This document shows positions 24,135-32,306 of a stretch of DNA of 32,306 nt, one piece after another. A model generated the notes under the pieces. That model had not been told where the DNA came from, made no database searches, and worked only from the letters and a program-made list of their open reading frames with translations. The translations under genes were made by a program, and so were the position numbers. Origin of the DNA: Jimgerdemannia flammicorona (Eukaryota); contig RBNJ01000355.1 of NCBI GenBank assembly GCA_003990765.1, positions 1 through 32,306 on the forward strand. The letters run 5' to 3'. The stretch's first letter is position 1, and each line of letters opens with the position of its first letter.

Positions 24135-24408
24135 AAGATGTACTCCTAGCTAGTACCCACTAAGATAGACATTCTCAGATACATGTATCGGACACTCATT
24201 TTTGGAATTGTTCAATCATTCTACTGTTCTACCATTTATTCACTCTACCACTTATTCACTCCACCACTCATTCCATTGCCCCCCCAACTCTTATCCTCTT
24301 CTGTTTCTTCTACCCTCTGTCTCCTTATTTCTATTGGGTTGGGCCAGACTTTATAGCCATTTCCTTTTCAGGCCCTCTTCCTTTTTCAGACTTCCCAAAT
24401 AAGTCATA

Positions 24409-24439
24409 AATATATATACATACACATATATATATATAT
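24409..24439. repeat. (TA)n/(CA) microsatellite
   Basis: Direct reading: atatatatacatacacatatatatatatat. Confidence 0.8.
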
Positions 24440-25004
24440 TTGAGTATCAGTTGTATAGGAACATTGACAGAACTTGCTGATATCTGACAAATACAAATAC
24501 CAATTCCAAGAGGTCATAAGCAATAATACAACATGGAAACAAGATAACTGTTGAGATTTTTGCCAATATATTGTTAAACTGTGCTAATTGCCTGAAGAAT
24601 AGCTGCAATTTCTGAGGTAGGATTTTGATTGCAATGACTGCTTTAGAAAACACAGAACACTTGCAGGCTTGATATTGATGGAGAGCCACCATGATGTTGA
24701 GTAGGCTTGATGAATTCCAAGAATTTCTTCATTTTGTTAGTATAAGTACAATGTAGTTCCACACATCAACAACAAAATTATCACTTTATTGTCAAAGTCC
24801 AAGACCTATATATTGATATGCTAATTTCATGGCAATAGATCGGAAATACCAATGTTAGGCAGATGATGGAAAAATGTCTTCATTGACAGCCAGCTCTGAT
24901 CAGCCAAAGTATCTACTCACACAACCTGAATATCTTCAACCTGGCTGTCCTACAGATGCTCTGCTCTCGAACTTCATATACTGATATATGTCAGATTCTG
25001 CCTA

Positions 25005-25130
25005 CAGGTACTGGCAATCCATGAGGAGATCCTAGGGTGAGAACACCCAAGCATGGAATACTCTCAATAGTTCTACAAAAGTCATGGTATGTATGATAAG
25101 GCAGAGCCACTTGACGAATGGTTACTGGCT
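25005..25130 (+). pseudogene. Kinesin-light-chain-type TPR repeat remnant (host gene relic)
   Basis: QVLAIHEEILG*EHPSM...FYKSHGMYDKAEPLDEWLLA matches the TPR consensus ALAI.E..LG.EHP......LA.LY..QG.YDKAEPLY.RAL. Confidence 0.7.
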
Positions 25131-25398
25131 AACATCTCATCAATGACAAAGTGCTCTAAGAGAGAGGTGGCATAAATGTGTAACAAATAAAGAGTGTAAG
25201 AATTTGAGCATATATTCCTTTTTTAAATTCCTTACTTCCCTCACTCATGATATATATTGTGACGTCTACAATTGACCCTGTCCTAATTCGGAGTACCCTG
25301 TAACCACAAGATCAGATGACATTATAGCGCGATAACTAGTGACCAGCCCAATCTGCCAAGTGATTTCACTAAAAGAAGACAAGATAATCCAAGCCAAA

Positions 25399-26457
25399 AT
25401 GAAGACCACGTTATTTAAGGAATCATACTCCACCTCAGAGATCGGCACCAAAGAACCAAGTACCTACCCCATAATGCCTCCCATTCACCAATCCAACCAG
25501 ACCTCCCGCTGCTCTACCCCTTTGCCTGGCCCAAAGACCCTGATCTTTGAAGCTATCAAGAAGGCCATCTGGTGCCTAGATACTTCCGAACACTTGAACT
25601 TCTACACCAAGGACCTTGGACACTTCATCAACTACTAGTATATAATGACCCAACAGCTCAAAGATACTACCGAATGAATGACCCTCTGGCATGACTATGA
25701 AATTGGACACTGCCTTCGCAATGAGACTCAAGAAGACGACCAGGAAGACCTCATTACCGAATTGTTAACCACCAGCCGGCTAATCAAGAGAGCCCTCCAT
25801 GTCCACCAAATCTTCTGCCATATTCCCTGTGCTATAGCACACTTACAAGGAGTGACTGCTGGCAGTCTTGCCCACCTCTCAACTGAAGATGCAGACTGGA
25901 TAGAATCAGAAGTAGCCAACTCTATTGGCAGCAACTGCATCGCCGTAGGAAGCCAACAAACCAAACCTACTCAGCCAGGTTTCCACACCACCCCACTCCG
26001 AGACAACCATCAAGGTCACCTAATGAGTCTTATAGAGATATTTGAAGGACCACCCATTACCATAGAAGCACTCATTGGAGCTACCCCAACTACCCACCAC
26101 CCTGTCAGCCACAATTCACATCTCATCATTTGGGAACTGAATCAAGAAGAAGCCCAAGAGGTCCCCATCTTTGAAGAGGAAGCCCAAGAACTCCAAAACC
26201 CTGCCCCTGAAGAAACCCCCTCTGATACTGAAACTGACAAGTCTTCAGAAGAAGAAGAGGAGCAACAGAGAGTCTACTAGTCCTCTGTCTGCATTCAAGC
26301 TATTCAAGGGTTGGAGAATGTTGTTGAAGATGACTGGCCACTTTTCTACCCCCTCACCTCTTGGCTGGTGCTCCCACTCTTTGAAGAACAGGATGAAGAA
26401 GTCACAATCCAGCAAGATGATTGGTCCACTAACAAAGGGTACTTTACCATTCAGTGA
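25399..26457 (+). pseudogene. Unknown ORF inside the putative LTR (about 350 codons, acidic C-terminal part)
   Basis: ORFs 25339-25638 and 25678-26280 and the downstream sequence are in one frame, separated only by single TAG/TGA stops. Composition is protein-like; no family recognised. Confidence 0.6.
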
Positions 26458-26585
26458 TTCAATGTCTGGTCAGCCAACATTTGTCAGCAAGTTAGCAACA
26501 CCCGTTTTCAGCAATACCACTCACAACATCCATATCCAGCACTAGCACTCATCTTATCCCAATTCAGCACAAACAATTATCACTT

Positions 26586-26750
26586 CTGTTTCCAGCATTG
26601 CTATCCAGTGCTACTGTTTTTAGCGTTTTGTCAGCAAGTCTGAATCCAGCATTGCTACCCAGCTCAACCAAATCCAGTGTTGCTATCCAGCACAACTGTT
26701 TCCAGCATTGCTATCCAGTGCCACCGTTTTCAGTGTTTTGTCAGCAAGTC
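26586..26750 (+). repeat. U3-like tandem repeats: two 55-bp copies flanking two shorter units; core tccagcattgctatccag x4
   Basis: 26586-26640 and 26696-26750 differ at four positions, all C/T. Confidence 0.85.
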
Positions 26751-26837
26751 AGCCCTTTACATCGTGCAAGCCAATAGCATAGCGAATGTTTACCACAACA
26801 TAGTATACCTTAGCTGTGCCCATAGCTAGCAAACTTG

Positions 26838-26869
26838 TATAAATAACCCATATTCTTAGAGTGAATAAA
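26838..26869 (+). promoter_or_regulatory. LTR TATA box and polyadenylation signal
   Basis: TATAAATA at 26838-26845 and AATAAA at 26864-26869, followed by a GT-rich tract. This is a typical compact U3/R/U5 junction downstream of enhancer-like repeats. Confidence 0.6.
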
Positions 26870-27049
26870 TCTCAGCCAGTTTGTGTTTAAAAGTAAAAAG
26901 GATTACCGAGAAACCTCACTGCCTCCAAGAGACCGGATAAATTCTGAGAACAAGATACCTAGAGCAATGATCGCTCGAGGTTTGAGTTAAAGAATTTTCT
27001 CTTGCCACGGAAAAAAAACGTTACCCAACCGCCACCATTCGACCACCAT

Positions 27050-27420
27050 TTGAGACCTGGAAACCCAAGGATTCAAGACCATGACTGCCACGCATTCAGA
27101 CCATTATTCGGACCATGCATTCGAGATTCAAGACCCGGAAACCCAAGGAACCCAAGTTACCCAGCCAAAGGATACAAGGCCGCTGCCAAAGACCCGAATG
27201 ACTGCCAGGAACCTTTCAAGTTAACCAAGATGGACGAGCGAGCCGTCAACCTCCGTTTTCCTGACCTACTGCACCACAAACCGCTTAAAGCCAAGCCCAT
27301 TGCCACATAAATTCAAGTTTGCTGCCAAGTTAATCGCCACCAGGAATGCCCTTTTCCACTAAACAATTGAGCCACCATCATTGAACAACCAAATGACCCC
27401 ATCATCAAACAATTGAGCCA
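27050..27420 (+). repeat. U5-region short repeats
   Basis: Recurring ttcaagacc and ggaaacccaagga units (27050-27155), and aaacaattgagcca twice (about 27361 and 27407). Confidence 0.65.
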
Positions 27421-27609
27421 TCGACATCCTGAGCCAATGAACAATCGAACTCCTACTATTATCAATTACCACACGAATTGAATGACCTGTCACATGACTA
27501 TCGACCTGCAAACATCACCAATGCCTTCAGTTATACATCGCACGCTTCACCAAGTGGCACATTGAGCTGTGCCAGAAGCAACTAGAGATATAAACCCAAT
27601 GCCACATTT

Positions 27610-27626
27610 TGGGGGCTCAACTGGGA
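27610..27626 (+). promoter_or_regulatory. Primer binding site, tRNA-Pro type
   Basis: TGGGGGCTCAACTGGGA, 3 nt after the terminal CA. It resembles the canonical tRNA-Pro PBS TGGGGGCTCGTCCGGGAT. Confidence 0.75.
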
Positions 27627-27676
27627 AAAGTTTTCAAAAGACTTAACCATTTGGCTCAAGAACCCAGCTATCTACA

Positions 27677-29500
27677 GTGGAGAACTTAGCAGGACCAAGT
27701 CAGCAACCAAACCAGGGGCAGCAACAGCCCTCCTCAGCAGAAAAGAAAGCCCACACCATTGTCAGAACAGTAGCCAGGACCTTATTCAACACCAATAGCC
27801 AGAAAACCGAATTAGAAGAAAGAAGTTATCCAGATTACGGTTTGACTTCAAGAGAAAGGAGACAACTCAGAGGACAACCAGAACTGCCCCTTCAGATCCA
27901 AGACTTAGGCCAAGAAGAAGAAGAGGATATCCCTGAGGAGTATCAGACCCTTATCCATAGGAAGAACTCAGACAGAAGTGATGACATAACTACTGTTGTT
28001 ACTCAAGTCACTCCACTAGACTGGGTATACTTTGAAACATCAGAGGGAGAAGAGGACTATCATCCATATCAACTGGAGCAAGATGACGATTGGGGATCAG
28101 ACTACCAAAGGGACAAATTCAACCTATACTATTATTCAGACAGTGACACAAACCCACAACAAGATGAACAAGACCTCACTACTTCACAACAGCAAGGGGC
28201 AGATGAACTCACTATCAGTTATATCAGTCCACTCCCACCATCAGTTGCTCAAACTTCAGTACCCTGGTCACTCACACCTTGCCACTATCACCAGTCAATC
28301 AGAAGATCTCCACCACTACCCAGGACTTCAACCCCAGCATTAATTAGAAGAGCCAGATTACCCTCACCCTCACCAAGACACTGCCCTCTGCCAGCACCAC
28401 TAGATCATCAAGTACTAGCACCACCACCTTCCCCACCACCCCGAGAATCTGCCAGATCCCCCACCCCTGAACAATACTCAGATAGTGAAGACGAGCCAGA
28501 CATGAGCTACCTTCAGAAGTTCCATGGTGTAGACAATGAAGATATCGAGGAATTCTTTGGAGAAATTGAAGTCCAAGCAGCCACCAAACAATGGGATGCT
28601 GCAAGAAAACTCAGAATTGTGGAGTCACTCCTGAGAGGACCAGCCCTACAGAGGTATAATCAAGCCAAGCAAGCCAGAGGAGGAATCCATGCAGAGGAAC
28701 TGAATGACAGCCTCCAAACTGATAGAAACCATGTAGCAAGGTACATGATTCACAAAGCCTGGCTCCGTACCTAGTTCAATGGATTCGAGCACCAACAAGA
28801 AGCACAGGAGGCTTTGACCTATATGAGCCAAGCTGTCAATGAAACTCCCAAAAGTTTCTACCATCGGATTCAAGCTCAAATGATCAAGGTGAACCTTCAA
28901 CCGGCAGTCCAACTGGCTTTAGCCTCAACTACCTTCCTCAATGGCTTATACCCAGAACTCCGAAGGCAAGTTATCAGGATAGGATATCGAAACATTGAGC
29001 AGCAAGTTGCTGGAGCACAAGGATGTTGGGAAGCAGATTATAGATCAGTACAACAAGTACAAGGGTATCCTGAGCCAATCCGAGCTGTAACCCCAAGGAC
29101 CAGAGGAACAACCATGGAGCAAGAGAATGTCTTCCTCAGAGCCCAGATAGCCAACTATGAGAACAGACCAGCACCCACAAATCCGACTCCATTCAGGCAA
29201 CCACAGCAGCAACCGCCATCAAGAGTTCAAGAAGACCCCATGACAATGCTCACCAAGCAAATCAGGGACCTGGCCATCGTGGTTGCCCAGCTGAACAACC
29301 AAGGTAGAAGACAACAAGACTACCGTCATGATAACAGACCAGACTACCAGCAACAAGACAACAGAGGTCCTGCCCCTGCACTACCAGCTGCAACTACAGT
29401 CTCATCAGTGACTGGTTCCTATGGTCCCACCTACTTCAACTGTGGAAATCAAGGCCACATCCAGAGGAATTGTCCAACGAACCAATCCACCCAGTCCAAT
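27677..29500 (+). pseudogene. gag: Gag: long acidic/Pro-rich N-terminal extension, capsid, CCHC nucleocapsid
   Basis: Capsid starts MSYLQKFHGVDNEDIEEFF..., with LLRGPALQRY, QAVNETPKSFYHRI and FLNGLYPEL. The knuckle is TYFNCGNQGHIQRNCP (first Cys tgc>tac). One in-frame TAG at 28772. Confidence 0.9.
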
Positions 29501-30154
29501 GACAGAAATGTCAACCTCTTTCAGATAGATGAAGAGACTCAGGAAATGGAAGAAGAAGCAGCCTGGCTCCAGAGTCAAGAAGATGACATCTACCCATACT
29601 TTGAGGCTTTTCCATCCAAGGTGACATGGGAAGCTGCCCCTGCAGAGACCAGAGGATGAGGAAGACCACGAAGGAACCCCCCACCTCAACTACCAGCAAC
29701 AATATCCACAGGCAAGCATCCGCGACATGGCCATTCTTCCTCAGACACTCCACAAGAACAGAAGAAGTGAGTTAGAAGAGATACTCCTGAACCAGAGGCT
29801 GGACCATCTAGGACAACCCTCAGCTCTACCCTGCCAGACCTTGAAGAAGATGAGCATATGAGCATAGAATCTTCAGCTGACGAAATGCCCATCAGGAATG
29901 AGAGACTACACCTCAAGAGACCAAGACACTGAAGGAGCAGCAAGCCCCATGCAGCAGCCTCACTTTGGGAACATATCCGCCTACAGAATGCTGGTCTTAC
30001 AGTTGAGCAAGTCCTCAAGAATGCACCAGAGGTCAGGCGAAAATTCCTGAAAGAAGCCAAGGAAGATACCAAGAGACTTCCAGTCCAAGGACCACACACT
30101 CAAGAACCTAGCACTATCCACACAGTCCATGAGAGCCAGCGACATGAACATTAA

Positions 30155-30525
30155 TCTACAAGACTCGTCAATGGAAAAGTGCATGGTGAAAATGCCAGAA
30201 TTCTCATTGATACTGGAGCAGCAGTATGCATCATCACCCAAAGGATGTTGGAGCGAATTGGATGAGGAATAGATGAAGGAACCAAAGCAAGAGTTATCAT
30301 GGCCGACAGATCAGCTTCCACACCCCTTGGACTTGTCAGAGACATCCCCATTCAAGTCGGAAAGACCTGCCTCAATGTACCCAAAGCTGTCGTGACCCCT
30401 GCAACCTCCTATGACCTGATCCTGGGAACTGACTGGTTAAGCCAAGTTGGAGCCAATATAGATATCAAGAAACAACTCCTGGTCTTCTCCATTCATGGAC
30501 AGAAGCACAAGGTGCCCATTGACTC
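30155..30525 (+). pseudogene. pol: Retroviral-like aspartic protease
   Basis: ARILIDTGAAVCII (DTG at 30209-30217), ADRSASTPLG and YDLILGTDWL, in the same frame as Gag. Confidence 0.93.
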
Positions 30526-30669
30526 GAAAGAATTATCCAAAAAGACGAATCAAGCCTCAGAAACAGAATGGCAAGGACATGGTGACACCCCCACTACTAC
30601 TGAGGATGAAAGCGAGGCCAATTTTCTACAAGAACTAGGAAGTGATTTCGATGCCCCAAGGGACTAAGA

Positions 30670-31625
30670 AAGCGAACAAGAAGACTCTTTCATTGGAGTT
30701 ATTGGTGTTGAAGGCCTGGAAGAAAGCATTGATAGAGCCATTAATGTAAGGGTAGCACTTGAGTTTGTAGGACCTTCTGCTCAACCACCACCACCACTGG
30801 TAGAAAATTGGATCATGCGAGCCTTTCATCGAGGCATATGTGAACATTTCATCAGCTTCCACTCACCAAGAGATGATTGCAGCAATTGCTGAATCCTGGA
30901 TCTCAAGAAGGTTCCAATACCAGAAATTGATGACAAGGACAAATTGAAGCAAGCACCATCCCACAGCCGAATACAACCTCCAACCCCGAAGACCTTCAAG
31001 AAGACCTATAAGGAAGGACAGAAGATCTTTGCCCGCCAAACATTTGAGTCCCTTACCATCGAAGGAGAAAGCAACAGCTCTTACACTATCACCCGGGCCC
31101 TCCAGATCACACAGCCCACCAATGACAAGTATTGGAAGAGATTCCCCACCAGTAGGGAGGTCAAACAGCGAAATGAAGACTTTGTCAAGAAGGGACATTG
31201 TGATTGCAGAAAAACCTTTACCTGCTACTGGTGTGAACATCGAGATGTTCACCTCAGCAAAGATGTCTACAAGAGCCAAGTCAAGAGAAAGGATCCCACC
31301 CTGCAAGAACCTTGAATTCGCTGGGCCTATTGGAAGTGCAAAGAAATCAACCATGAAGGAGATTGCAAATTCAAGAGCAAGATCTCTATCTGGGACCTAC
31401 CATTGGAAGTTCTTGCCATCATTCACTGGTACTGTCACCCTCATCAAGGAAAGGAAGATATCAACCTTGCCTTCATCCTTATGGAAGCTCTGGACCCTCT
31501 AGGAAAGACTGGATTCAATTACACAAGAAACTCAAAGACAGGAGCTCACTGGCCTTTCTTCAAACTAGAGCGCATGGACTTCTCACCTACAATGGCAATA
31601 GCTGAAACACCATTTCTCAAAGCTC
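30670..31625 (+). pseudogene. Unassigned in-frame polyprotein insert with three Cys/His clusters and an F-box-like motif
   Basis: CEH-x10-CSNC (30839-30889), HCDC-x5-CYWCEH (31196-31240), [Y]WKC-x4-H-x3-C (31328-31366) and SIWDLPLEVLAIIHWY (31385-31432). Confidence 0.55.
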
Positions 31626-31627
31626 AA

Positions 31628-32038
31628 CCAATTATCCAGGTCAAGTTGCTTTCACCCTGGGCACAGCCACCTCTTGTACAAACAGAAGGATCAGTTGGTT
31701 ATGACCTCTGCCTCCCCTACCAAGCAAGAATCTGACCCAGAAGTATGAGGACTTTTGACCTACAGATTGCACTTGCTATACCACCTGGGCATTATGGACA
31801 ATTGGCCTCAAGATCCTCATTGGCAACCAAAGGAGTCACAGTAGAAGGAGGAGTCATCGATCAGGACTACTGAGGTCCCCTGAAGGCCATCATCCACAAT
31901 TCTAGTAGAACCAGCTGATTCTTCAGCCCTATGGAAGCCATCTGCCAAATCCTATTTATCAAGACATCACAGCCAATAATCCAAGAGGTAGACCAACTAG
32001 AAGATACCAACAGAGGACAAGGAGGCTTTGGAAGCACC
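31628..32038 (+). pseudogene. dut: dUTPase domain of Gypsy-2
   Basis: GSVGYDL, GHYGQLASRSSLA, GGVIDQDY*G (DYRG, cga>tga), EAICQILF and RGQGGFGST: all five motifs are present, in frame with Gag-PR. Confidence 0.95.
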
Positions 32039-32306
32039 AATAGAAATCTACGGACACCACCTATCGAGGTTCATTTAGCAACAGTTACTCAATTCCGGCA
32101 AATGAGACCCCACATCTGCCGCCCAATCCGAGTAAGAGAAGACATCCTCCTGCAGCCCTACCAGCAAAAAGGCCTAGATGTGCACCTACCAGTAGAAGCA
32201 AACAACTTGATATTTGCACCATCACTGGAGCTTCAAAAGGAATACCACATCCTCCTGGCTGAAGAATGAATTCATGACCAGATGTCACCAATCCACATCT
32301 CTATCA

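Larger units (their letters stand above)
25258..27606 (+). repeat. Putative 5' LTR of Gypsy-2 (about 2349 bp)
   Basis: Starts TGTGACGT and ends ATGCCACA (TG...CA, 6/8 inverted match), with the PBS 3 nt downstream. It contains TATA and AATAAA elements and tandem repeats, and composition shifts sharply at 25258. The right end is well supported; the left end is unverified without the 3' LTR. Confidence 0.65.
25258..32306 (+). mobile_element. Gypsy-2: large dUTPase-bearing Ty3/Gypsy-like LTR retrotransposon, 5' half (RT onward beyond window)
   Basis: Putative LTR, PBS, Gag, CCHC knuckle, aspartic protease and dUTPase in order. The architecture parallels Gypsy-1, where RT follows dUTPase. Confidence 0.9.

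Noticed and set aside
25399..26457. env gene
   Set aside because: I see no signal peptide, furin site or convincing transmembrane anchor, so it is left as an unknown ORF.
26586..27420. CRISPR-like repeats upstream of an RT-type element
   Set aside because: The units are irregular, overlapping and lack unique constant-length spacers; they fit ordinary LTR repeats.
27820..28450. Viral late-budding domains in Gag (YPDY, PPPSPPP)
   Set aside because: They do not match the YPxL, PPxY or P(T/S)AP consensus.
27677..32306. Stop-codon reassignment or programmed readthrough explaining the single-frame polyprotein
   Set aside because: All three stop types occur, at positions expected to be Arg, Gln or Trp, alongside missense damage such as the knuckle Cys>Tyr. 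Mutation is the simpler explanation.

Overview
Transposon-dense, gene-poor eukaryotic region. It is most plausibly from an early-diverging fungus (inference from element types and a kinesin-light-chain-type TPR remnant). No intact host gene, RNA gene or CRISPR array is evident. From left to right: (1) a minus-strand Ty3/Gypsy integrase tail (1-300). (2) A heavily transition-decayed plus-strand Ty3/Gypsy element with dUTPase-RT-RNaseH-integrase (about 300-6555), interrupted by a 425-bp hAT-type foldback MITE (8-bp TSD) and a 5'-truncated LINE. (3) Three related, full-length, minus-strand L1-clade LINEs: A (6556-24049) has B and C inserted about 22 bp apart in its ORF1, each with its own TSD. 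(4) A small TPR pseudogene remnant. (5) A younger, large Ty3/Gypsy element (25258 to window end) with a putative 2.35-kb LTR that carries its own ORF, a tRNA-Pro-type PBS, and a single-frame polyprotein: Gag, protease, a Cys/His-rich insert with an F-box-like motif, dUTPase. The elements are damaged largely by C>T/G>A transitions. All translations were done by eye, and boundaries not fixed by TSDs are approximate.
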